Shown here piece by piece: positions 23,146 to 33,660 of a DNA stretch of 64,000 nt. The stretch's first letter is position 1; each line of letters begins with the position of its first letter. The translations under genes were made by a program, and so were the position numbers. The DNA lies in the NCBI GenBank assembly GCA_030265395.1, contig JARFYF010000084.1:100265137-100329136 (forward strand), written 5' to 3'. Below the pieces are notes generated by a model, which saw only the letters and a program-made list of their open reading frames with translations, was not told the DNA's origin and ran no database searches. The DNA comes from Rhina ancylostomus (lineage: Eukaryota).

Positions 23146-24654
23146 CCAAGCTGTGAGGCTGCAATATCAGTGTCTAGAAATCCCTATGCTTCAGTGCCAG
23201 AACCTCCAGCATGAGACCCTGTGCTGCTATTAGTGCTGGATCTGGTAGTTTCCTTTCCAGGATCACCAAGAAAAGAGATCCCTCAGGGCTCAGCTTCTTT
23301 CACTTAATTGCTGTTTACTTCTTTCTTGTTGGTCATGTTGCTTTAAGCTGGCTTTATTTCTTATGTGTCTGAGCAGTAAATTAGCTTTTTCCCCTGCTGA
23401 TTGATCTTTCTATTATTTCATCTTAAACTATTCAAACATTCAATTGCAATTGGCCAGAGGGAAGTTCGTGCTCTTTAGATGTAATCAAAATTTTTGTTAA
23501 GATGTATTACAAAGTGTAATTACAAGCCACAGAATTAATGTTCATGATTTCCAATATTTTTTTTGTGTTGCAGTTATGCATGTAAAGAAAAGCTGTTTTC
23601 AGAGGAAGGAATTGAGTGTAAAGTGGCCTATCCAATGAGAATGTTGATTTTTCATACTTTAAGAGGCTGGCCCTGGTTTAGCTGGTCCCAGGACCATTTC
23701 TGCTTGACAATGATTGAGGTATTTTTGGAACAAAAGTTGAAGTAGCATCCATCACCTGATGGAGCACAGAAATTGCAGTCCTGTATTCCCAATCCATGAT
23801 ACAGAATGACTATTCAATCCAAGCACAATCCTTGGAATAGTTCCAAGCCACAGATACAAGGAAAAAGACCTCTGAGGAACAGCTGCCAATCACAGGTAGA
23901 TAGTTGGTATCTTTGAGAGCTTGATAAGCACTTGTATGGATTGCACGAGGAATACTTAGTTATCCACGGCATCCGCCCTACCCCAACTTCAGTCAGTACA
24001 AGAGGCAGCCTTCAACAGTGGTCAGCTCCCCTATGGCAATACAAATAGACACTACAGCTTTTCCTTTGTACTTGAGCCAGCTGGATGGTAATATGGCTGT
24101 AGGTCTGAAGAGGCAGAAAAGGAAAACAGGATATTTGAGTTTTATGTAATTTTCTTGGCTTTGAACTTGATTTTTTTTCCTCTTTTTGGAATGCATGAAG
24201 AAAATATTCTTTGCCAGAATTCATTTGCAGTAGCTTGTGTTATTTTATGGGGGGAGGGGAAAGTATCTGTCATATAAAATCTGGCTTTAGAGTTGGATTT
24301 AACCCTATTTCCTATCTTTTGTGAGTTGTCCATTAAACACACATGCTTCACCAATTACTATTTAATAGTTTATCCATTAGCTACTCTTGGTTATTCTTAG
24401 TCTTATCTCCTTTAAGATTGATGAGAAATTCCAAGTCCAGAACATTGGGACATTGCCAACCTTGGAAGACTGGCTCAGTTGCAGGCATTACATCAATTTT
24501 GTGCAGAATGCAAGAAGCCAGAAATGTGTCACGGAAGTTCTTGGAGCTATGCTGTAGCATGCCACCAGATGTATCTAGAAAATGGGAAAATAAAGAAAAG
24601 CTTTTGCAAAGTAAAAAAAAATCCAGTGACAAAACAAATCATGGAGTTGTATTA

Positions 24655-25010
24655 AGCTTCAACAACAATAACAAAAACTTGTATTTATGTGATGGCTTAC
24701 AAATGATTTGGCACTCCAAGGTACTTTATGTGAGCATCAGTAAACAAATACTGACTTTAGGATTGGTATTAGGAGAGATAAAATCAAAGAGGTAGATTTA
24801 AAGAAAGATAGATAGAGAGGGAGGCAGAAAGATTTAGGAAGGGAAATCCAGAGCTTAACATGTGAAAGCATGGCCATCAGTGATGGAATGATTAAATACA
24901 GGGATGATCTAAAGGCTAAAATTAGTGGAGAAAAGCTTTCTTTGAGGATTTTAGGGCTGGACTTAAACTGAAGTGGTGAGCGATTTGAAAACAAAAATGT
25001 GATTTTGATA
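24655..25010 (-). mobile_element. L2-type LINE 3' fragment
   Basis: ACAAAAACTTGTATTTATG tail; - strand reads FKSSPKIL...KLWISLPKSFCL...SFFKSTSL (L2 pattern LWNSLP...SFKxxL). Confidence 0.65.
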
Positions 25011-25029
25011 ATCAAGCCTTATTTTCCAT

Positions 25030-26140
25030 TGATTTATTGACAATGCTAGCACTTATTGCCCATCCAGAATGCCTTTGAGAAGGGAGTGGCAAACATTGTA
25101 GTCCTTCTTGAACCACTGCACTACCTCTGGTGATATTACTCTCACAATGCCTTTGGATAGGGAGTTCTCGGATTTTGACCCAGTGATAATTCNNNNNNNN
25201 NNNNNNNNNNNNNNNNNNNNNNNNNNNNNNNNNNNNNNNNNNNNNNNNNNNNNNNNNNNNNNNNNNNNNNNNNNNNNNNNNNNNNNNNNNNNNNNNNNNN
25301 NNNNNNNNNNNNNNNNNNNNNNNNNNNNNNNNNNNNNNNNNNNNNNNNNNNNNNNNNNNNNNNNNNNNNNNNNNNNNNNNNNAAGATGTCTTGCTGCAGT
25401 TGTACAGTGCCTTGTTGAGACCCGCATTTGTGGACAGATTTTGTCTCTTCATCTGAGTAAGGATGTTCTTGCCATGGAGGGAGTGCAATGAAAAAAGTAA
25501 CAGACTGACTCCTGGGATAGCAGGACTGATTTGCAAGGAAAGATTAAGCCATTTATATTCACTGGAGTTTCGAAGAATGAGAGGTAATCTCATGGAAACA
25601 CACAAAATTCTAACAAGACTAGACAGATCAAATACAGGAAGGATATTTCCAGTGGCTGGGGAGTCCAGAACCAGGGGTCACAGCCTCAGGATACAACATA
25701 TGTCATTTAGAACCAAAACAGAAGACCTATTATCACTCAATGGGTTTTGAACATGTGGAATTTTCTACCACAGAAAGCAGTGGAGGCAAAGGCATTAAGT
25801 ATATTCAAGGAAGAGGTAGAAATACTTCTTAATACTGAAGGGATTAAGGGGTATGGGGAGAAGGAGGGAACAGGGTACTGAAACGAATGATTAGTCATGA
25901 CCATATTGAGTGCTGTAGCAGGACTGAAACACCAAGCAGTCTTACAGTGTTCCAATTTTCTTTGTTTCTATGAGGATGGTGGATTGGGTGACAATCAAAT
26001 GGGCTGCTTTGGAAATTCAGGATGGCATTGAGTATTGTTGGAATTGCACACATCTGAGCAAGCGGAAAGTATTCCATCACAACCTTGGCATGTGTGTTAT
26101 ATGTGGTGGAAAGGCTTCTGGGAGTGTGAGTTAGTGTTAA
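25030..26140 (-). mobile_element. CR1-like LINE 3' region, interrupted by a + strand CR1
   Basis: 25045-25192 (TTATTGCCCATCC...CCTTCTTGAACCACTGCA...GGGAGTTC..GATTTTGACCCAG) continues at 25975-26140 (CAATCAAATGGGCTGCTTTG...GTATTCCATCACA; - strand VMEYFPLA). Confidence 0.7.
25383..25972 (+). mobile_element. CR1 LINE 3' region
   Basis: ORF 25463 reads ERLSHLYSLEFRRMRGNLMETHKILTRLDR...ESRTRGHSLRI; tail TTTCTTTGTTTCTATG. Confidence 0.9.
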
Positions 26141-27344
26141 TAACAACAGATTAAAATATATTAATTCTTTCAAAGTTTTCCTGCACTAATTGTGGAAGTG
26201 TTAAGGTTAATGGACCCAGTTCTTGACACATAAATAACATAAATAGAATAACATAAATGCTACTTTAATAAATGCAGTGGTATTTCTGTTACAGCATACA
26301 GTGTAAGATCAGATTGATGGGTTTATAAAAGATATAGCATCGTGTCTTTTCATAAATCCTGACAAAGGCACATTGCCAGAATCTTAGCCAGTTCTTTGGA
26401 CATTTTCCTCATAAAGCTGGAAATATACAGAGGTACAAATCATATCCAATGTACTTTCAGACATTTTTGTTGTGACCTGTCTTCTCTAAAAAAATTCTTT
26501 AATAAGTAACATGGTCTTTACTGGCAGTATAACNNNNNNNNNNNNNNNNNNNNNCTAACTCTAAATGTGCTGCACTCTCCATTCACTGCTCAATGGAAGA
26601 TTAAAGAAATAGGAATGAGCTGCAGAAACAAAATTACAGGATAGAATTACATGAGTCTGTATGCACAGTAAGTGTCTTTCAAAGCAATAAAAACAAGAAA
26701 GGTATGATAAATTTTCATACTGATAATGATAAGAATCTAGCCCATGCGCTGTGTGACAGGTTAAATAATAAAATTCATCCATATGGGTCAAATACATGAC
26801 TGGAATTTCTGGCAAGGAAGACAAATGTGATGGCAGACAGTGCTAGAACTGATTAACAGAGTGCAGAATAATATTAGTGACAGATGTGTTTGAGGGATTG
26901 CACAAAGTGTGAAGGCATTTCCTCAGCATGTGAAAAGTATTTTTTTAAATATTAAAATTGGAAAGAATAATTCAGAAATGTCAGGTTCAGCTTTGGTCTT
27001 TTCTGATGTGCAACTAATAAGATGTTGCTGTATTGTAAAGAAATTAATACTACACCTTATAACTATGACTTTCAATATCCACTTCTTTAAAAGCATGTTT
27101 GATCTGTTTCTAAGTATAAAATCTGATGTTCACAAAGATTTATAGAGTACTTTAAGTTTGGCTTTTCATGCAACTTTAGAAATAACTACTGCTGACTTTG
27201 ACTCTGTAAAGACTTTGATGTTTGTTTTCTTATGAAGTAACTTTGTTAAATGTTATGTAAAGGATATGCATTTCACACAGCAGCTTAATGCCTGATTTGA
27301 ACTGATCTTCAGTAAAGTAGGCAACAGAAATGACATCAGATCCC

Positions 27345-27425
27345 AGGTTCTCTCTCCACAGATGCTGATAATCTGATCAGTATTTCTGCGTTCTTTGTTT
27401 TTCTTTCATACTTCTGATGTCCATT
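27345..27425. repeat. Penelope-derived repeat arm
   Basis: TCTCTCTCCACAGATGCTG...CTGATCAGTATTTC. Confidence 0.55.
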
Positions 27426-28089
27426 GGATCTTGCTACTATATGTTGCAATTTTCATAATATTTTGAGAATTCTTAAATTACCACAAACATATTAGAAGAT
27501 GCCAAACAATTTTCTCAGTGAAACTCAAGCAAGTGCTCACAATTTTCATCTAATTTCTTTGATTTGGTTACCATCTTGAAAACATTTTGATTGAACCTGT
27601 TCTATTCCATCAGTAAATGTTGATTTGGCAACTGAGTTTATACGGCATTCACTTATTTTCTTTCTACTAATGTAAAGACTAGGCATATAAATAGACCTGC
27701 AGTTTAAAGGAATTTCACATCCAATAAGTTATATATCATGAAGATAAAATGTTCATCACATTGTGAAATTTTACATGCTGGAGAGAGATGCTGTGTGCAT
27801 CGCATCTGGTCCTCAGATTTATGCTGTACAAATGGTAACGATATTCATTCAAATAGGTTTGCTGTGCAATGTGGAGAAAGGTAAGTGTAGGTTGGTGTTT
27901 GAAGTATTTGGGCGTAGTGAGCAGGGAGTCAGAGCAGTGAGCTGAATCCAGCATGATCAGCCCTTCAACCATACGAAATGCATTGTGGAGTTAGTTGTAT
28001 CTTCAGTAAACCAAATGAGCTTGACTGGCCATGTGATGCAAACCCTGCTGTGGTATAGATTTTATAATGATTAGATATATATAGCATTG

Positions 28090-28490
28090 AAGAGATTGAA
28101 AGGCAAAAATGATGAGGAGAAGAATTTCTGAGCACAGCTCTAGATAAGGCTGCCAATGTAGGAGGGGAAGGGGAAGTTGAACAAAAGACCAGAGTCAAAT
28201 GAACATGTAGGTTAAGGGAAACACATTATATCCTAATAGTGCATTAAGAGATGGATAGGGTGGGCGAAGCTATGAGATTGCTTTTAAAAATTTTAAGTTG
28301 GACAAAAGAAATCTCAGCAAAGCCACAGTGATGGCTGAGCCAAACCTGGCATTGGAAGGGAATGGATATTAACATTACTGAACTTGGATGACAGGAGATC
28401 AAACAGGAGACCATTGGGCTGGTTAAAGTTGGTGATGACAATGAATGTTTCTGTGACAAATGTGGTGTTGCAAATGTGTAGGTTGGTGAT
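28090..28490 (-). mobile_element. Degraded L2-type LINE
   Basis: Similar in layout to 24780-25010; - strand QLKIFKSNLIASPTLSIS. Confidence 0.5.
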
Positions 28491-28717
28491 TTTATGCAGG
28501 TATCAGTAGCTGGACTTTATAATAGACATACTGTGGGATCCTTTTTTTTGCTTTTAAAGATGAATTCCTCACACATCTCTTTAATTAGAAGCCCCAATAA
28601 TATAATGGAAAGTGCAGCAGAAAAACATTATTTCAATAACTTTGCTTCCCATCTCATTATGCTGTAAATCTGGATTTCTTTAACAAGGAAATACATTTTT
28701 AGTTGGGAGGATATTAG

Positions 28718-28742
28718 TGACCTAAGGTGACCTCAGAGGTCA
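28718..28742. promoter_or_regulatory. Triple nuclear-receptor half-site cluster (perfect DR4 plus an everted half-site)
   Basis: TGACCT-AAGG-TGACCT-CAG-AGGTCA, read directly from the sequence; function untested. Confidence 0.4.
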
Positions 28743-30914
28743 TACAAATGATTAACAAATGAAACAAGTAGGCTGTGAGTAAAGAATATGATGGAAATTT
28801 ATCTGTGGCAAAGCAAATTGTTTGAATTCTTTAGTCTTTGTTTATGTTTGTTATTTTTCTAACATGGAAATATCATTAAGAATGAACCAAGGAATNNNNN
28901 NNNNNNNNNNNNNNNNNNNNNNNTATACTCCTTCAAATTAATGGTTACATATGAATGTTTAGCTTGTTCTTGAGAAATCCCTTTTACTTATTTTAGCATT
29001 TTCATTAAAACAAAGGTGAAATAAATTTCACATGAAAACATAAGCATTTTTGAGCTACTATTCAAACACCGTAAATTGAAAGTCCTGTCATTTTTGCAGC
29101 TTTTTTATCATTGATAAAGAAACAATCAACCATTTATCATCTGATTTTCTGCATAGTTCAAACATACAATAATATAAATTCTAAAAATACACACAAGAAT
29201 TAAGCATGTTTCACATAACATTAAAAATTCTGGATGGGATGTTTTTTTTAAAATTGCCACTAGTGTATTTATGTGATACAAATGTGATATGCTTGACTTG
29301 CTTTTTAAAAGTGAAGTTAAAAGCAACCCACCAAAGCATTTTATTGATATGTATAATAATTCACTGCATTAGTGTTAACAAATTCCCTTTGTCTCCAGCA
29401 AAATAAGGCAACTTTTTGTAGACAGCTATATGTGCTATTCTAAATTCTAACCGAATGAAATAAATAAGCACAGCTTGTTCATACACTCTTCTGACAATTT
29501 AAGTTCAAGTGGTAGTCGTTTGCCGAGGCTAAAAGTGCATACTGCATCTTCCCTTTTAACTCTGGGCTGGTGTTACTGTGGTGCACCACATCCCTTAAAA
29601 TATTGATCAAAGCTGTCAAAATGCTAGCAGTAGGTATGAGGCAGACAGAGTGCACAGGATTGGCTTATAAAGTCAACTGGAGTTCTAAGTTCATAGCATG
29701 CGACCTTGCCTGTTTGTTTGCCCACCACTACAATCACGGTACCCTGCTAAGCACTATCTGCTGTATTATGCAGCACTTAGCTGGGCAGAGAGCATTGATT
29801 TTTGTCTCCTCAGGAAACACTACTGAGAAAATCTTTTGGACTCCTGGGTCTTACAGCACAGTCAAAGTTGCTAATTCCACAGCTGTGCAGAGCTAGATTC
29901 CAGCCAGGACACTTGAAGCACATAACTGACACCATAAGGTGAAGCTTTGTGCTGCTTCCTGTGTGGATGCTGCAGCAGAAAGTATTAATTGGTCTGCCTG
30001 TGTTATGCGATACACACCCCTGTTTTATCAGTTATTGACTGCACTGTGTAGAAAGGGGGCTTATGGCATCAGTGTCTGTGATCACTCAGTGGCTGACCTT
30101 TCTGGATAGCGAAGTAAATTCAAAGCTCTTCCAATCATCAGTCAATAAAAAGCAGGAGTATGTTTGAAAACAAAGTTCTTTCATATCTCTCCTCAATTAC
30201 CTGCTCCTATTCTGATTGCACAAGCAAAATTAATTCATTCTAATGAAGAGACCAAAGGTATTGCTGCTGACTTACCCATTTGTTAATAAATCTACAGACT
30301 GGTTACTATTTGCATATTGTATCATTATATGTGCAAACCCTGCCATCTGATTTGATCATTCCAGAGTTTAACAAACGGAAACCTGCTGTTTCAACTCTGT
30401 AGGTTGAAAAAAAAAGTTTTCATCTTGCTGTACAGCTAACGCAGATGATATTAATGAAAGAAGGGTGGAAAGTGAAGGTTTCATCATTTATTTTGAATGT
30501 TGTCTGGATCTGATTACCTTGAAGGCAGGCTGCCAAAGAATTAAAACAGAAAACAGGGGGTAAATACACCAGATCCCTCATACTCCAGCTTTCACTTTAA
30601 CTCAGTTCTCACCTCTTTCTCTTTGTCAGAAAAAGGAACACTTCTGTTTTTTTTTGTTTTTTTTCAATGATTGCCAAAGCCATTGGTACATTCTGTGATA
30701 AATTAGTGTTATGATGACTTAAGGACTTCTTTCACTTCGTTCTGAAACTGCAGTAAACTGAAGAACCCACAGCATTACCCTCATCAACAAATTAATGTGA
30801 TGTAAGTTAGGAATATAAGTAACTGTTCAGAATCCTTGTAAGTTTCTTGGGGTCTATATGGAATGATACTGAAAATGGACACTATGCATCAGTAAGTTGT
30901 TCCTATTTCATCAT

Positions 30915-31055
30915 TGAAGAAGAGGGGACTCTGGACAGAGGTTGGAGAAAGGCTCTCCAGCAGGCCATTTCCTTCAAGGAACTTTTTTTGTATTCTACAT
31001 CTGCTTCTGCAAGGTGCAATGTATAAGGAGATGTCTTCTAAAGAGAGGTACTTCC
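30915..31055 (+). pseudogene. Harbinger transposase 5' fragment
   Basis: Reads RLSSRPFPSRNF..LHL / QCIRR; nucleotide-similar (AAGGCTCTCCAGC[A/T]GGCC) to the reverse complement of 33510-33650. Confidence 0.6.
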
Positions 31056-31289
31056 CATGATCGAATCAAGCTGTGACCTCATCCACATGATCGTAATAAC
31101 CAGACAAGACTAATGGTTCAGCTTACTGCCTTATCGGAAGTTGATAAAGCTCAATTTTTTCAGTTGCTAATGCCAATTCAAGTTAGTTGATGCTAAACCA
31201 TACTATACCTGTTAAAGGAGAGGTGCCCTGTGTCTACAGACAGTGATAGAAGCTGTTATAGAAGTCTTGGCATCATCATGAAAAAACCA

Positions 31290-32300
31290 GCAGAATACAG
31301 GTAAGTGCAGGCACCTAATTTTTCAACAGAAATCTTGAAATCTTGATGGATGAGGCAATGAGGAGAATAAAGTTCCTATAAAGAGAAGGGAGCTACAAGT
31401 GCTCCAGACACACTGTGAGGAAAACAATAGGAGGAGTCAATGCAAGGAGCCAAGCTCCAAGGACATGGATCCAATGCTCTGGAAAGCTGAATGACCTTAC
31501 TATAGGCAGGTCAAGATCAGTGCACACATCAACATGTGCCACCTCCCATCCACTACACCACTGGGTTCAAAAACTGCTCCATTGTTTATCAACTATAAAT
31601 CAGGGCCAGACATATTCATCAGATTCCCCACTAACCCTGAGCATGTGCCACTACTCTACGTCACATACCTGCTTCTCACAGCTATGACAGACTACCAGCT
31701 GTTCCACCATGGTAGGCACATGGCAAAACGTTCACAAACCTATGTTCCTCTCTTTGGTGGGTCAAGGTGGCATCACACCAGAACAGTGGCAGCAAACTAG
31801 TAGGAGTCCATTATTCCTCACGGCCTGAAGAATAAAAAATTAGCTATTATTAGCATGGCTCACACAGAGGTGGCACAGAGACCATTGAAATTGATAACAT
31901 GCTCATTCCCAATTCTACTTCTTACATCATTAACCTAAGCTCAAAGGCAGGACCTGCCCACACAGATTCTGCAGCAGAAAACTCCAATGACAACACTGAT
32001 AGGGCAACCTGTGACAGAAAGCTGATTGTTATCCAAAATGAAATACTTTGGAAATTGCTGTAAGATTACTCCCATCTCTATGGAGTGTGGGACAATTCAG
32101 CTTCAAATTTGCACACAGTTTCTGCATAGAGTTTGGAACTTTCACTTTCCCTCATGGATATCAATATCTGCAGATCCAACCACCATGCAGTATCTTATGG
32201 TTGACTTCAGCAGAAGCAGAAGCCATCCAATTGTTGCAGTGTAAGCTCAGAGTGGCAATGCATCCTCTCAGAGGATGACGACATTTGTGCTCCTAACCAC
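31290..32300 (+). pseudogene. Harbinger Myb/SANT-like gene relic (multi-exon)
   Basis: AEYR*VQAPNFS / NLEILMDEAMRRIKFL*...GVNARSQAPRTWIQCSGKLNDLT; exon-2-like VKVA at about 31762; further degenerate coding-like sequence to about 32300. Confidence 0.8.
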
Positions 32301-32689
32301 TGCCACCCTAAAGATGCAGTTGCTGTTGCCTTATGGGATAGTTTACTGAGGTTCATAGCAGACCAGTGAGGTATTCCTCCAAGGACACTGGAGTTCAGCC
32401 AATAGGGAAGCTTTGTGAAGGAACATAAAAACAGTTCAAGGGACATGCACACCAGCGATAAATTAATACACAAATGTATGGTGTTGGTGATGATGGGATG
32501 TATAAATACAGTTTAGAATGTGGACGCTGACAGGGTCAGCAATAAGGGGAAGATAAGAACTGTAATGGGATGTAGAATCAAGATTGTCTGTATTGAAATC
32601 AAAATCTAATTAGTAATTTCTTCACTGTTCATCCAGAAAGGAACTTTTATCTTTGCCTTCTCCCTTTGGCCTCCTCTCCTGTACCAGCT

Positions 32690-33660
32690 GGCAAGGTGAG
32701 GAGAATATGCTAGGCACCAAAATGCTACCTGAAGGATAAGTTTCTCAATGAACCAAGTGTGGGCAAAATGGTTTTCATTGCATGAGTGATCTCCTCCTGT
32801 GAGTAGGATTCATGAGGGTGTGTGCCTGATCATCAGAGGATAAGTCACCACCCTTTCTTCTAGTGAAATAGCACAAGGGACTATCACAAGATGGACGAAG
32901 AGAATGACTCACTGATTAACATCCAATAAACATAATGATTTCTGTGCAACAGAAACAGAGAACGTTGGGAATATTCAGAAGGTCAGGCAGTATCTGTACT
33001 AGGAGAAAAAGACTTCTCTGAAGACAAAAGCTGCCTGAACTACTGAGTATCTCTGGTGTTTTCTGACTTTACTCCAGATTTTTTAACATCTGCAGTTTTT
33101 AACTTTTTGATTTTTTAATTTGCAAATAGTAGTCTAGATAGACATTCATGAAGTGAAATACTTTTTAATTTTGTACATCTCCAGATTCACCCGTGATTCT
33201 TTCTAGAGTATGTGGGTGCAGTTGATGGCTTTCTGCATCAATGGAAACCTCATACTCCTTGGAAATCTTTGCATCGATACTATCGATAGTTTTCTACTAA
33301 GGAAGAAGGAGACTAAGTTAGCTTGAATAATGTATCTCTGTCAACTCCCTAAGACACATTGTAATGTGCTGCTAATGTTCCCAACACCAGCCCAAAACGT
33401 CCTGGATCCAAAGAAATTCTAAGCTATTGTCATCTTCGTTGCCACTGGAATTACAGTCCTGAATCTGCTTTGCAGCTGTAGTTGCAGTTGAATCATCTGA
33501 TAAAAACGTAGCAAGCATCTCCCTTCAGAAGACGAGTTTCCATGTGCCACATTGCTCCTTGCTGAGGCAGATGCTGAAATGCTCCAAGAAGATCTTTGGA
33601 GAAAGGGCCAGCTGGAGAGCCTTTTTAACCAAACCTCCTCTCTTCTAACAATATAGCCCT
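32690..33660 (-). pseudogene. HARBI1-like (PIF/Harbinger) DDE transposase relic
   Basis: - strand in order: EQC; QSRFRTVIPVATKMTIA*NFFGSRTF (ALxFxASGSF); CLRELTE; RFPLMQKAINCTHIL (GAIDCTHI); FHFMNVYL (FHSLNVQL); YPL; NENH..IEK; FWCL. Confidence 0.85.
32950..33115. repeat. Penelope-derived palindrome inserted in the transposase relic
   Basis: AAGGTCAGGCAGTATCTG arm, GCTGCCTGAACTACTGAGTAT arm and CATCTGCAGTTTTT. Confidence 0.7.

Noticed and set aside
23870-24130. Strong - strand splice acceptor (TTTTCCTTTTCTGCCTCTTCAG, exon starting at 24104)
   Set aside because: All three frames stop within about 110 nt, no recognisable peptide and no convincing donor; a non-coding exon cannot be excluded.
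24343-24795. 150-aa ORF with an acceptor-like site at 24416
   Set aside because: No recognisable domain, no clear donor, and it runs into an L2 tail.
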